DNA of 63,062 nt, the filler included, from Lenisia limosa (taxonomy: Eukaryota; Protista; Breviatea): assembly GCA_001655205.1 (NCBI GenBank). It is 14 parts of 14 records of this genome, joined end to end, with 100 filler letters (N's around TTAATTAATTAA, not from the genome) between each part and the next. Parts side by side here need not be neighbours in the genome. Positions count along the whole stretch, not along the records: positions 40,438 to 54,737 come from LPNZ01006782.1; positions 54,838 to 57,079 come from LPNZ01005967.1; 12 more parts are not named here. One strand, given 5' to 3'. This document shows, in pieces, positions 40,565-54,952 of the stretch (the first letter of the stretch is position 1; each line of letters opens with the position of its first letter). The notes below the pieces were generated by a model that did not search any database, was not told where the DNA came from, and worked only from the letters and a program-made list of their open reading frames with translations. A program made the translations under genes and the position numbers.

Positions 40565-43500
40565 CCAAGCGACTGGCATCAGGAACGTTGGGGTTGACAA
40601 CGTGGATGGGGTCCGATAATGGAGACAGTACCCCGGCTATTTCAAACTGCAGGGCGTACGTCCCGCCATTTCCTGAAATAAACCTGGGGGTCAGACAAAT
40701 CAAGGACTAATCTATGTTTATAATTGACATTGTAATTACAATCCCACACACTTCAATGAGGAGAAGGAGTAAGTGGACTGGAGCGGCAGATTGATGACCG
40801 CTGTTTCGTAGCCCATTGTCGCACCGGAAGGTACCCAGTCGTTCTTCTAGGGGAGTAAAACGAAGGAAATATCAAGAAGAATATTGGCGTAAAGGTACTC
40901 TCACGAACCGAATAATCTGAAACTCCAGACAATCAAAAAAAACGAGCAATAACAAGCACGAGCAACCAAAGCTAAAACTAGAGATGACAAAAACACAAAA
41001 CCAAGCCCGAGCCACATGAACAATAGGTTTTTTTGCTGAATATAGTACTATTATACTTTTATTATCTTTTAACCCCCCCTGTCCCCACCTCCCAATGGAG
41101 CCTGTCCCCACCTCCCAATGGAACACGTTGACTCCTATCATGAAGCGAGCATTTAACCCGCCAAGTGCGAGGTCGGTGCGATTGAGACCACTCAGAGAAA
41201 AGTCCACCTACAGCCATCACTCCATACAACATCTCAAAGATCCATTCAAAAAATCTCAAATATGTTAGGACAAATTATATCAAGGAGCTGAAAGTCAGCC
41301 AACCTGTACGGTTGGCTGCTGCAAATGGCCGGGTTCGGAATCAGTAGTGCGCACATAGGCCTAGGTGTCAGGAAGGAAACTGAAGTATTTCGATTTGGAC
41401 TAATTGTAAATTGCATTTGCACTCTGTCGTCATCGTTGATATTCCATTTGTTTTGATCATGTCTGTAGAAATATCCTCCCTGGTATGAACCAGAAACCCC
41501 TCCAACCGAGCCATGCTCGAGACCCTTCGGTTGGCTGGCGATCCAAACTGCCGATATCGGGTTAATCAGGTGGATTGGCACGGAGGTGGCTTCCCTCTTT
41601 CCAGCCCGAAGTTTCAAATGATATATTCCTGGGGGTGAGAAGGTCAAAATAGACATTTATTACCCGGGGAGGGTGGATGTGTGAAGATGTGATGGTTGGC
41701 TTTATTTACGCTGAATAAGAATCAACTCTATCAACAGATACAAGGGAAAATACTATTGTACAAATTCATGCACCACTTAATCTTCAATAGACCCCCACCG
41801 GTCTCAGCAGCGCCGAATATAACAGACTCGTTTCGAAAGGACAAGATTGAACTGACGTCTACCTGAGAAGCCGAACCCACTGATGCGTCAGTATGGTTGG
41901 AAAATGGGATGGGTAGTACGTAGTAAACGGCGACAAATCATATAGAATAGTAACAGTAATAGTAATGATAAATCTAACTGCATTTAACTTGATAATTATG
42001 GTGGGACTTATGAATTGTTAATCAATCACTGAAAGCAGAAGAGAATTACAATATCAAATGAAGCAGGTCGTTATGAAGCTACATGACTGAATCAAGTGGA
42101 CCTCACATAGAGTGTACTTGGAACAGATTAAGCTGCATTTGAGTATGACAGCATGGCTCCATGAAAACTCAGTAAAATAGTCAAATATGCCTACAATGTC
42201 TGGTAAAAGAGAAAAGAAACGCCAAGGACTTGAAATAAAGGTTGTGTTATACGTGCAAAGTTCATCAAATACAAGACCATATCATATATTGAAACTATCG
42301 CAAGAAAACACCCAGGGAAAGCAACATCCAGGGATTTAAGCAAACGCAACTACGAACTTCGTAATAATAATTGGTGCTCACTTTGTTCCCCATCTGTTGG
42401 GTTGGTGTGGATAGTACCCTTGACACAGTCGTCGCATTTCTGGACAGTAAGATTTACACTACAGTTATCAATCCAATAAACAATAAATAATGCTGCTTTT
42501 GCTTCAAAAACAATCCATAAGTATCCAAAAAGCCAAATCAAAGCATGGGGGGCCACAATTGGGGGGGGTAATACTTGAAACAGACCTGTGACCTCTTTTT
42601 AGCCGGAGTGGTGTCGATGGTGACCATGGATGGGAGGGTTGGAAGGCCGCTCTTGGGACATTAGGAATATCGAGTACTACTAAACAAGAAAGGTGATAAA
42701 CATTGCTCATTGAAACAGATCCCCCAAATCTCTTAACTTTGGTTGCTATCAATGAAATGTAAATGTACTACATGCATTTATCACCTTAATTTACGCAGCA
42801 ATAAAATGACTTACGTATGGGGAACAAAGGAAAACAGTTAAAAAAAAAAGAAAGTCGAACTACTGAAAAAATGAGCCCCTCCAGTAGACACCCACATCGT
42901 AGAATGTGCCCCTCCAGTAGACACCCACATCGTAAAACGTGCCGATATTGATGAAGAGGTCCGGGAAGCCGACAATGAAGGGGGTGTTGAAGGGCAAACC
43001 AAGATCTATAAAGTCAATGGTAGTATGGTCAAAGGTATAAAGAGTTGCATTTAGTGAAACTGATACAGAGATGATCTTCAAATGTCAGCAATTGTCACGG
43101 GAGTCAACTTTCTTTTTTAACAATCATCTTAATTAACTCTCAATAAACCCAAGGCCTTGTGCTTACTTTGATGCCCAATAAAATTGACTGAAATGTGGCT
43201 TGGAGAGTCCTGAAATGTCAGAGCTGTGATATGCATCGGTTTGGTCCGATATTCAAAAGCAAATCTTGGAAAAGGAAGAATAGTTTCATTTTATAGATCC
43301 TCTCACAAGCAGTGTGATTTGGTAGAAGTTGCCGATAACTGTTTTGGAGAGGGTATTCCTAAAAGGTCAGAAATCCGAGTGTCTATTGTAAATAGGACTT
43401 CATTTCGGTTCGAAAAAAGACTGAATTTCTCGATATTTTCAATATTGTACCGGTCTTTTTTCTAATAATAACAGTGTTTATGATGTGGCAATTTATAGAT

Positions 43501-46500
43501 CCCAAACTGAACACAAGAACCCCCGTTCACCTTATTCCCAAATGGTAGACCCCGGATGGTGCGTCCGGGGCAAATTTGAGGGAGCTGAAGCATGCCGTCT
43601 GCACTCCTTCAAACGAAGCCAAATTGTCCTTGATGAGAGCTGGGATGTAAGTGTAACGTGTTTTTGAGTATCACTGAAACATTCTGGTTCTACACAATCT
43701 ATTATATCACAGCAACTCGCGTGAAATGAAATGCTATAGCGCATCATTCAATATAGCCGCGCTCGTAAACAGAGTGCACTCATATCTCATATTTGGGTTT
43801 ACCCATTTCTGTGTAATAATTCATCATCATACACATTATCAAGTGTGTGGTAATTTAAATATGTTCCAAAGAAAAGTGAGAAGTTCATCCATCTGCTCAC
43901 TGTTGTCATCGTCCTGGTACAAGAAGGCTTCGATACCAAGCACTTGTTGGACTGTTACTGAGCCAGTAAAGGGGAAGTTAATGAAAGAGGAGAACGTATA
44001 AGACAGGTCATTACTATTAGATGGAGAAATGTTGTCAATGGAAGCGTGACCTCCCCCCCCCTCCTCCCGCACCTGATGCAGCTTGCAGCTCTACACAGGG
44101 CTGCTGCGGAAGCGGAACGCCTGGTGAAGCCAAACTACATTGTCAATGCCCTAACACAATTATGCACAGATAGGGAGAAATTAATAATACCAAGGATGGA
44201 TGACGAGTAATAGAGAATCTGAAGTGGAAGCCTAACTAGCTATATTGACAAGATGCCAATGCACTCACCTTTTTGGAGGCACGCTGACTGTGAAGTTTGA
44301 TGCGATTTTGGATGGAAGAAGCTGGTTGACTAAGAGGCATTTAGCAGGGGAAACTGCACCTTGGGCGCAGATCATAATGCGGTACTAAAAGTGTGAGCTT
44401 TTTGATGTGTTTACGACTAAAATTTTCGATAAATCCTGGATAAATATCGATATTTTAAGAATCTATTTCGGACCGTAGGGAACTAACCATAAGGTCCGAT
44501 ATACGGAAAAAATATCCATATTTATCGTAAGTTTATAGAAAAATTATGCTTCTTTGTGACATAGGGAAGCCTTGATTACTTAACATTGGAAGTTAACTAC
44601 CTCTCACATCATAGTTCTCCTGAAAGCCTGAAACCGCAGACTGGAGCTTGAGGTCATAGCATAATTCACATTCTTTGGAACCTGCAGGGGATTGAATCAA
44701 ATGATCATAAAACATAATCAAAGGACAGAGCCCCAAAATAACGGGGGAGGGGGGGGGTAACAATAGCATATTATATCTGCAAATATTACTACACAAAGCT
44801 ATCAATATAGAACCGCATATTTTGACTGAAATGCCTATATCGCCCCCGTGTGAAACATACGAGTGGTTTGCCCTTCGAAACGAAGCAATGAACTTTGGTC
44901 AGATAGGTCTGTGGGTACTCCATATGCCTTAAGTGGTAAACAGATCAAGTCCTTGAGGGTAGAGGGTTTACTTTATTCATGATAGTGACTGGAACTACTC
45001 TCAACTCCACCCAGGGTGGCTACAAATATCATACTATCTAGATTCTGGTATAACAGTTTTACGCTTACAGATAAACCGAAGGCGTCCAGGGTGGCATTAC
45101 TGAACAGCTTGACAGATATAGGTAAAACTGCCTTAAAAGGCAGGTCCAAAGCGTCAGGAATCGCGGTTGCCTGCGGTGTGGTTATAAAACAATAACTTTT
45201 AAGTGCCTTGTGCTGTCTGATATGCGAATAAAGACTATAGCACCAACCAGATCAAAACCTGCTCTGATGCCGAGTTGCAACTCATATCTGTTCGACACTT
45301 GCACTCGGATAGCCTGACTGCTTATGTCAGGAGGGTATGTACTGTACTTTGAAACAGACAATAAATAGATGAGAAGGTTGTATCTGGCCGAAGCCGTNNN
45401 NNNNNNNNNNNNNNNNNNNNNNNNNNNNNNNNNNNNNNNNNNNNNNNNNNNNNNNNNNNNNNNNNNNNNNNNNNNNNNNNNNGAACATTTATGACAAAAA
45501 AGAAGCAATGTAGTCCTGCCTGCTCACCTCACAGAACCGCCGAGCATAATGGAGTATCCGAAGTGTTTGACTTCGTAACGCCGTGTGTCAATGTAGTAAT
45601 GTTGCTGGGGGGGGGGGGNNNNNNNNNNNNNNNNNNNNNNNNNNNNNNNNNNNNNNNNNNNNNNNNNNNNNNNNNNNNNNNNNNNNNNNNNNNNNNNNNN
45701 NNNNNNNNNNNNNNNNNNNNNNNNNNNNNNNTTGAACAACAAAACCACTCGAAATCAGACCGTCATTCTATCAAGAATAAAAAGGTAAAAGCAGTATCAG
45801 CATTCAGTTCATAGGCTTTCATACCATTATTCTTAATCGAACAATGATTTTATGAATAAAATGGACCCACTAGTTGATTGGAGTTACAAGTGCCGAAATG
45901 GGTTGATGCATCATCATAATCCCTGCGAATAATCAACAGAAAGGCTTCAATTTTAATTGGTAAATATAAACATTAAAACAAGACTTGTTCTTCAATAAAA
46001 ATATTAAATTATGCACATACTATCATATGATATATTGCATTAGCAATACTTATGTTTTGTCTTGAACATAGCCTCTAACACGGATGAAGAGTCAATGAAC
46101 GTGTCACCCGCCACTGTGTCGAGTCCCAAGCCGTAGGTAGTGGACATGAAGCGCAAAGTCGTCATCGGAAAGGCTACGCTTGTCATGCAGATTAAGAGAC
46201 AGTATTGACCAAGTATTTAGATATGATATCAGAGGGAATATTTCGAAACAAGATAACTTTACCACAAGAAATACCAACGCAGCCTGTTCACTCCCGACCA
46301 GCCACCCCGTTACATTTAGTATTGACAGCAGGCCCCTTCAAATGGTACACCAAGTCGCCTTCATGGTCGCTGTCCACTAGGACGCTGTTTTGCGTGGGAT
46401 TGGCCTCAGTGATTCCCCTAGTAAATGGCACAACGACCGATGCTACACGTGTCAACTCGGTATTGGTACCAATACAGCTTTGTGTTAAGTCTTGAAAAGT

Positions 46501-49500
46501 TAACAATAAACTCCACGTAAGCGGTCACGCTTACATGACGGGTTGAAGTAGTACGGAAATTGGCCATTTACACTCGTTAATCTGAATAATATCAGTTTAG
46601 AGGAGAAGGTTATGTAGGCATGAGGAAGAGAGATTTGAAGTATGATCATTGATCAGATGTTTAATACACTTTCTGGGAATACTATTGCATTAAAAAAGTC
46701 TTATGTTCTTCAAAAAAAATACAGAGAAGATGGAACTCGACCCCCCCCCCACGCAAAGTTAATAATTGGAAGATGCCACCGGCTCTGAATGTCCAAAAAG
46801 TTGCCTGAAAATGTAATTGAGATTTCAAGTGTTCATTGTTTTGTACCCGAATAAGAGTGGCATGGTATAGCGACCGTAATTTGAGAAAAGATACGCCCAA
46901 CAGGTGCAACACCGTGCTACACAAAACCTTACCAAGACTGTACATGATTTGCAGAGATTTTCTTAGTTCAGTCTAAAGTGTGACTAAGACACCTACAGAA
47001 AAAAGAAAAAAAAAAAAAANNNNNNNNNNNNNNNNNNNNNNNNNNNNNNNNNNNNNNNNNNNNNNNNNNNNNNNNNNNNNNTCCTACTTGGTTATTGCCG
47101 GTGTCTTAGATTATAATTATAAAGACAATGAGTATCTCTTTGTGAATGTAAAAAAATAATTCGATTGAGTTAATAATAACGTCAAATTTTCGATTCAATA
47201 ATGTTCTTTTACTATTGTACCATTAAACATACCGTTCTGATTGGAGTACCCTGACAGTAGCAGATCTGAAGGTCTGACATCGTGCGATTGAGAGGGTTGT
47301 GAATCTAAAACCGTCATTCATTATAAAAATAGTATCAAAAACACAGCAATTTCTTGTATACTACCAGGCTTCAGCTCTTTAGCTTCAAAGTGCTCATCCT
47401 TTGCTTTCACGTCCCCAATAACCACATCACCCCACCTTGATATCAACAATAACCTTCGGGTGACTCCAGTCTGCAACGAAGCTTTCGAGTGAAGCTGATA
47501 AAGACATCCTTGTTTCTTCCGTTCTGGGGGTGAGATGCAAGATTACTTTGGCTAAAGCAGCACTAGCTTATAAATATAAATAGAACATCATACATACATG
47601 TATATTATATCATAATTAGTAGTATATGATATATATATGATATATCGATATATCATATACTACATAGATACGTCATAAAAACTGACATTATACTCCCACC
47701 CTCTCACTGATACTGGTCAGTATCCATGGGCCAGAAGAGGAGTTTGTCAGTCTGGTATATCGTATTACCATTGATTTGGATCTAATAATGTGAAAACGCC
47801 CATGTACAAGTGAGGACGATGATTGCATGTAGATAGTAGTAAGGGTAATTTCAGATTGATATAGTATAGCATAATACTATATCATATAATATATTCTTGT
47901 GAAATAGATGATAACTCACTTTATCACTATAGTTCAACTCACCTCAAGTCGGAAAGATGTTGGCTCGGAGGGACCGTCAATGATTCGACAGTACATTTCA
48001 GATGATAAGCTTATTGTGACCTGAACATAATTACAGCCAGACACGTCTGTTTTGAGATGAAATTAAAAAATCCTCGAACGAAATAACTATGATAAATTTT
48101 TTGGCTTAGAGTGACGTTTCTTATTGCTCTCTTTTCTGTATCTCACACTGTCTTACCAAGGAGGGGTTACAGCGGACCACAATTGCGGTCAAATTGTCTA
48201 AATGTGTCAGGGGTGATTTGAATATATTTAACGTTGGCAGTTTCCAGTTTCAATAGGTGTAAACAATATAATAAAACAAAATGGAGCACGGGGCCTTGCA
48301 ATAACGCAGCCATTACGTTCACAGTGAAATGGTTTGTTGAAGTTGTGTAAATAGGACAGCACCTCAGAAGAGCCAAGAAAATAGTCACCATGAAGCGATA
48401 CCCTCTTGGCGAACTACACCCACATGTCACAAATGCAACGAAGGGGTTTATGGCATCCAAAATCCAAAAGATAATTTAGATCCTTCCCACTCTCTTGACT
48501 GGCCACCACCTCTATGTCATGCAGATGTCTGTTAGCATCTTCCCCTTTAGCATTCGTCAACTGCAGGCGAAGGGGGAAGTCGGAGTATAGCTGGGCGATG
48601 AAGAAGAACTACCAAATACTTTAACAAAACAAGAATCAAAAGCAATGACGTTGCCATAATACATATTTCAGACAATAGAAGTACATAAAACGGAAACCTA
48701 GATTCATTCAAGCACAGGTATTTTTGTAAGACTGCGTTTTGGTCTTTGTATAAAGCAATTCCTTTGGACAAACCGTACAATAGTCGCAATCATTAAACAC
48801 GCACTGCACACATATGTCACTACTGGTTATGACGGCATTGGTGACTGTCGGTTCCATCTGAAGTGTCAATCGCAATGTGACTAGTCATGGACACTATCTA
48901 GATGCTCAACCTGGCCCCTTGAAGTATCATTTTCAGAATCAATGGACTAATAACAATAGAATGGACGTCTATGGTTTTTTTTTTCTATTTTTTGTGGACA
49001 GTAGAGTCTCTGAAGCATTGATTGCCCACTTACCTCAATGGATATTGTCTCTGAAGAGACGCCTGCTGAGAAGAGAGCCACCGCATAAGATCCGTACAGC
49101 CTAAGTGGTGAGGGTAGCAACAGCCTCATGCGTCTTCAAAAGTAGTACACATGCTAGCGACATGGCTTCATTTCAGCCTTTTAGAACAGAGGTGAATCCC
49201 TATTGATAACCTACCATTTCAAATCAACAAATATAGAAGTTGACGTGTATTCCAACACCAGTGCAACATATTACACAAAAAAACCGCTTTAGAACAGAAT
49301 TGTGTTAAAAAAAATGATAGCATTATTCACCTCAAGACACAGCACATACCCTTCCTCGGTGTAGCGAACGACTAAAGTGGCCACCCCGTGTTCGTCAGTG
49401 TATTGAGGCCAACTGCCCTCTAAAATCTGGAGAGTTACTCCACTAAATACAGGCGTATGACCAACCTTCGCATTCAACAGGTAGTTGGGGTGTTGAGGGA

Positions 49501-52500
49501 GAGTGTCACCGTATGACACGGACTGTCGAGGGTATGGCACTGCGGAATTGGGGTGAAAGGGAATTGGGGAATTGGCGTAAAAGAAGTACTGATGAATGTG
49601 GTAAAGAACTGAAAATAGAATGAAAAAACACCTCATAAGTCACATTCTTAGATGTCATGTTCATCATTGGACACAAACAAATCAGAGAAATCAGAGGACC
49701 TCAATACCATTGCTCTCAAAAGAAACAATAAAGAAGTTACACACCTGTATCTGTCATTAGAGGGTACACGGCCACTCCTGTCAGTGGCTTCTGACTGTCA
49801 CCTGTTACTTTAGCTCGGATTGTGATGTTCGCTCCACCAATAGAAGTAATTGACTTGCTACTAAGAACTGAAATCTAAAGAAAGTGAAGATAATGGTTAC
49901 TGAATGAGTGAGGTCTTTGCAATGCCCAAGTCCATCTGTTCACACCTATCAAGGATAATCATCTCAAAACAACAATCCACACCTTGGTAACTGGGGAAAC
50001 AAGGAACGGGTAGACGGTCTCGTTGATGTCGGTATAGGGTATGGAGTGAGACCCAACCAAAATGTCAAAAGCCTAGAGTGTGAAAAAGTTAGAAATGGCC
50101 GCATAACAATACAGTTGGGGTTTTAAAAAACGAACAAGCCCAAAATCGTTGAGAAAATCTCTTCAATAACAGCATTTTTAGTGGGAAAATCAACGATTTA
50201 GTTATATAGTGTGTGTGTGGTACATCAAAACAAAGCATTTTGAACCAAAAAGAAGACAAAAAGAAGGAAAATCTGTAAAAACTAGTGAAAGGGTGGTTGA
50301 CAAGGAATCACTTGTTAATAATGTTCGCTGTTTTAACCAAATATCTATCATATATTACACAAGTCTTTATTTCGCGTCATAATGGAGTTAAATCACGCAA
50401 ATTTTGCCTATTTTATTCATTTCTCAAAACACATTGATACTTATTGGGGAGATAAATGAACTGCATAATCAAGCCTACAATGTAGGGAGTGACACAGCCC
50501 TTGACTATTGCGTTTTGGACAATAACGGTTCCATTGTTATCCGTGTATTGTGCCTCATGGTCAAATGTACCTGTGGGGTTAATGCAGAAAAACTGTTTTT
50601 GAGGGTAGAAAGATACCCTAACCCATGGTACAATTTAAGCCACCAGAACAATGAAATTGAGTTTCATGTTAACATTTTATTAAGGAGCGTATTATAATGA
50701 AAATTTTCGAGCGTAACAGGTGTAGTTCACAAATGAGATAATTTTGTGGTGTTATCCAATTTTCTGACTCATATAACTGACTTGAATGACTTAACTACAG
50801 TAACGCAGATATCCTATGATTTAGATTAATCACCATACAATGTAAGTTTGGTTGACCATGGGCGGGGCCGAGCCGAGGGTTGATTCCACTCACTACTGTG
50901 ACACGGATGCCTGGTACTGGGGCTCCAGTGTTATCAAACGCACTAATCTGAGAGCATTAAAGCGAAATGTCAGCTCCAAAATGGATAAAATGTTTCAAGG
51001 CAGATTGTTCAGCAAAAATTGTGTTAAAATGTTATGAAACATAACGAAAAGTAATTGGAGTTTGTACCGTTACCTCAATTAATCAATTCAGACCTTTATA
51101 CGAGGTAATGGGTCGAATTGTTGGATCTCATAGATCTCTTCCATTTCAGATGATATGGAACTAATCTTCTTTTCTAAAAAGTAAAGCATGGAATCAGTTT
51201 TCCCAATTTCATTCAATCATGCCTACCCATTCCCATCAAACAAAAACTACATTTCCCTTGAAAGACATAATCACCCCTTCCCCTCAAACGAAGGTTCACG
51301 ATAATTGACGGTCTGTTCCTCTCTCGAATACCTGGTGCAAAAACAGTCAATCTAGAGTAGTTAGAACCTAAATCAACCACAGAAATCTCCCTCTCAAAGC
51401 ACATGCCAACAAAACACTCCATAAAAAAGAGCACGAAACACTTTAATCTTAGAATATACAAAGTAAGGCATTTATTTTTTAAGAAAACCCAATATTGTAC
51501 CTGTAAAGGCCTGGTACAGCAGACTCAAATTTGAGGTCATGGAACTCTGCGAGCTTAAAAGTGAGAATGTAAGAGTCAATGTTTATAACATTATGCTAAA
51601 ATACGTAGTCATCTGTCACACAATTGCGCTGTTAGTACCCCGCTTACACCCATGTTATTTGAAGTTCGCGTATTATTCGCGAGAACCGGGGTACATCTTT
51701 GGACAAGCCTATGCATATCCAGTGAGTACGGTTTGGGTCTTCCCATGGAGGAGATGGGGACAGCTAGAGAGATAAAATTAAACCGTCATCTCATGTCTTG
51801 CTACTTAATCTATTTCTTTTGTTTTTTTCTTCTTTTTTTTTTTTCAAAAAAATACCCATATTCTTACCGAAATCAGTGCTTAAAATAAAAAAAACTCAGG
51901 ACTTTACACATAAATAAATTCAATGAAGTCAATGGGAAAGAGTGTAGAAGGTAGGATGAGATAATTTGGATTTCGGGAAAATGATCCCTAAAACATACTT
52001 CCGACTTATAGTTTGTAATTTTAACTGCAAAAGGAGAATAAAAATGTATTTATCATGTCGATCCAACAAACCTCGAGTGCACGATGTCTCAACATTCGGT
52101 TTAATCAGCTCAGCCTCGATCCAAACATCACCATTTGGCACGCTGAAGCCTTCCGAGTTCGTCAGCCATACCTGACAGTGTGAGTGGTAGAAGTGTGGAA
52201 CAAGCAAACATAAACAAATATAAACAGGTGATTAACTATGCTATTTATGGCTCATATATCAACACAAAATACCATTAAATGTATTAGAATGTCTCTTCCC
52301 AGTAATTCTATCGAATCTTACTCGTATTATAATAGTCAGTCCTTCCCACCGCAAGAGGCATCCCATGGTCAGTGATAGTGTCTTGGATTTTGAAGATTGA
52401 GTAGTCTGAAGGGGCCAACGCAAAACTCACCTATATTCTCAATAATGGCTATATGACAGGAAACATTGTCTGTGGAAAGTAATTACCAAGCCTTAAAGCT

Positions 52501-54050
52501 GTTTATAACAGAACACCAGTTCCATAATACAATCAAGCAAGAGATTAGATGCTTTCTGAGACACCTAAGCATTTCAGTTTTTAATTCCAAAGTCGAAATG
52601 CTGACACACAGGCCTCCGTAAAATGTGACGTTCTCACCTTAGATATGATACTTCGGTCTCCTTCAATACGCGTGGGGTTGAAGATTACAAGTGGAAGAAT
52701 GACTACAGATTAGCTTCAAATAGCAAAAGCCCTTTCATCTTGCCGAACACTAGTTTTTAACCAGCAATATTGGATGTTTATAATTTGATGATCATCATAC
52801 AACTTGAAAAGTACCTGACAATATGATATTACAAGATACAATGACATGATATGCCCCCCCTACGGTACGCTGCAATGACAAACGTGAAGAGGTACACCAT
52901 AATGGTCAATAGTTTGCTCTGAACATTTTCCGTCACCAAATCAGCGATCGGCTGTAAACAATGACAAAGAAGATGGCTTAAGCTCAAATCGTTAAATAAT
53001 GTCATTATTTACACATTTACAACTCAAAGCAATCTAGATCACATCATTATCTTCCATAGCTTAAAGCTGAGGAACCCCAAACCGGGGAGAGGAGCGGCGG
53101 GTACTGAGTTTCATTGTGCTGAGGAGTAAGAATGGCAAAGTCGCTTCAGGGCTTTTAGGAGTTTAACACATAACCAATGAGAAATAAAAATTAACAAGGA
53201 TGTATCTGGCCGAAGCCGTCCAACACCATCACGCTTCTAAGAGATATTGGATTATAGTATCGTATTACTTCACCCAATCATTTACCTGACAACTCTGTGC
53301 ACACAGCTTTTTGCGTGCCTCCCCAGCATACATCTATAACATTTTACCATGAACCCCCCCGCACCGCAGAATGGCGTGCAACTAGAGGCTCTACCTCGTC
53401 CGCGTTATTGACAGACATCTAAATCAGTGAAAAAGGTTCCCATTTCAATCCCCAAAAGAAAGGTAGGGCAGTAAATGACAATGAACTGGTGATAATATTA
53501 GGGGTATCATATATTCTCTAGCTAGGACATACGAGATTGAAGTATTCCGAGACAGAATATGTTTTGTTGTAGAACTCGTAGAATACCAGAATAATTTAAT
53601 AATAACCATCATACCTTGTCTTGCAGCATGCAGCAGCGAACCTCAACTTCACAAAGACCCGTTAATCTAGGAGGCGGAGGCATATAAACATCTCCTGGTA
53701 TTTCACTATTTTACACATAATATTATGGGAGTAGGGGTAGGGTCCATGTGGTGAATGTGATGCAACCAAGGTGCAACACAACAACTTAACAACAACTATC
53801 TCAAAACTGTCCAACAATGCCAATGCTGCAACAACAGCATGCAGCCAGGTTTTGGTTAATTTAACTAAAATATATAAATTAGTTGTCGGAATACAAGTTG
53901 TCTTTTGGGGAAGGACAGTTCGAGTCTCAGAATATGTACTTTTCCCCCAAATACTAAAACCGTGGCGGTACGATATTTCCTTAAGAGGCTTCCCAGTAAG
54001 CTCTGGGTCAATCCGGCCCGTGTTACTTTTCTACCTTAGCCTAGGCCACG
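40565..54050 (-). CDS. Very large multi-exon membrane/surface protein with repeated bacterial-type Ig-like units (one gene, or two tandem paralogues)
   Basis: More than 30 AG/GT-bounded exons, all on minus. Recurrent motifs: D..G.P(V/L).G..V (AFDNTGAPVPGIRV; GDSQKPLTGVAV), TD..G (YTDNNGTV; YTDEHGVATL), A.F..L.F...G.Y.L (GLAEFHDLKFESAVPGLYRL; ACFSSLKFAPDAPSGVYHL; GTYALQFEIAGVLS). Hydrophobic stretch LLTIMVYLFTFVIAA|VILPLVIFNP at ~52640-52940. Confidence 0.65.
40853..40998. repeat. Dispersed repeat family E (AGTAAAACGAAGGAAATTTCGATGAAGAATATTGGCGTAAAGG...CAATAACAAACACGAGCAACC...AAACTAGA), representative copy
   Basis: Copies or parts at ~1555, 10108-10160, 10350-10400, 17830-17895, 17920-18000, 20364-20441, 22577-22650, 40853-40998; all in the same + orientation. 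Confidence 0.8.
53194..53340. repeat. Dispersed repeat family C (AACAAGGTTGTATCTGGCCGAAGCCGTCCACACCATCACGCT...), representative copy
   Basis: Copies at ~2075-2155, 20631-20668, 21024-21060, 36315-36370, 36490-36545, 38376-38408, 38745-38768, 45373-45397. Asymmetric, with a GGC-TTCG-GCC micro-hairpin. Confidence 0.8.
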
Positions 54051-54386
54051 GGAAAGCTATGGACTGAAAAGGAAGTATACCAGGGACCGTCCGGGGTACA
54101 GAGAACAGAAAACCCAACTTTTAAGCGGGGAAGCCAAAAAGAAATAAAAAAGACAAAAATAAAAAAGAGTAGAGAAGATGATGGAGGAGGAGACGATGTA
54201 GTACCCGAGGAAAATGTCGGCAGCAGAAAATTACGGCCGCATTGCTGTTTTTAACCATATGAGAAAACGAGGAAAACGTGCGGTATTTTTGTTCACCTCG
54301 CCGTTGTTGGCCTATGTGGAGCACCTTCTTGTATTAGTGTATAATCGGCTCAGATAGAGAGAGAACTCCTCTTTAGACTCTGCAAA

Positions 54387-54653
54387 ATGACTGACCAACA
54401 GACTATCATCCAGTTTGTACTTTCTAAGGGCTTCAGCCTCGACGATACACCTGCCTTACGTCGTGAAGTACCAATGAACGCGCCTTTCTTGCCTGGTGTC
54501 CCCATTGAGGGCTTCAAAAAGGAGGTTTGTGTTTCCGTTGATCTTTAACCACTTTGCCAGGGCTTCTCTGCTCGTGCTACCGAGGCTTTATTCGATCATT
54601 TCCATGGAGCTGGATCTGCTAGACCCCTTATTCAAAATTGTTTGCTGGATACC
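54387..54653 (+). CDS. Hypothetical protein N-terminus, 2 exons, partial
   Basis: MTDQQTIIQFVLSKGF...IEGFKKE|gt..ag|GFSARATEALFDHFHGAG...; in phase. Confidence 0.45.
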
Positions 54654-54845
54654 GAGTCAATAAGACCAATGTGAAGTGTTTGTGCTTGATGGCATGGAAG
54701 TAATCGTTTCAAGACAAATCATGTATGCCCTTTGTTTNNNNNNNNNNNNNNNNNNNNNNNNNNNNNNNNNNNNNNNNNNNNTTAATTAATTAANNNNNNN
54801 NNNNNNNNNNNNNNNNNNNNNNNNNNNNNNNNNNNNNTTGTTTTG

Positions 54846-54888
54846 TTGTTACCAACACTTCGTGTGTTGTCAGCCAACAGAGTTGATT
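54846..54888. repeat. Dispersed repeat family D (~45 bp, AATCAACTCTGTTGGCTGACAACAC...)
   Basis: Copies at ~1597-1621, 54846-54888 (reverse), 56887-56935; degenerate at ~22678, 38517 and 57228. Confidence 0.7.
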
Positions 54889-54952
54889 CATTCCTTCATC
54901 ATATAACTAACACACAATCTTTCATCTTCATCATAATAGCAACTAACCCTAC

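Noticed and set aside
42875-42937. 31-bp direct duplication, and similar 2-copy duplications at ~1078/1188, 24252-24305, 26956-27015 and 41088-41135
   Set aside because: Ordinary local slippage duplications, several next to contig ends, with no further structure.
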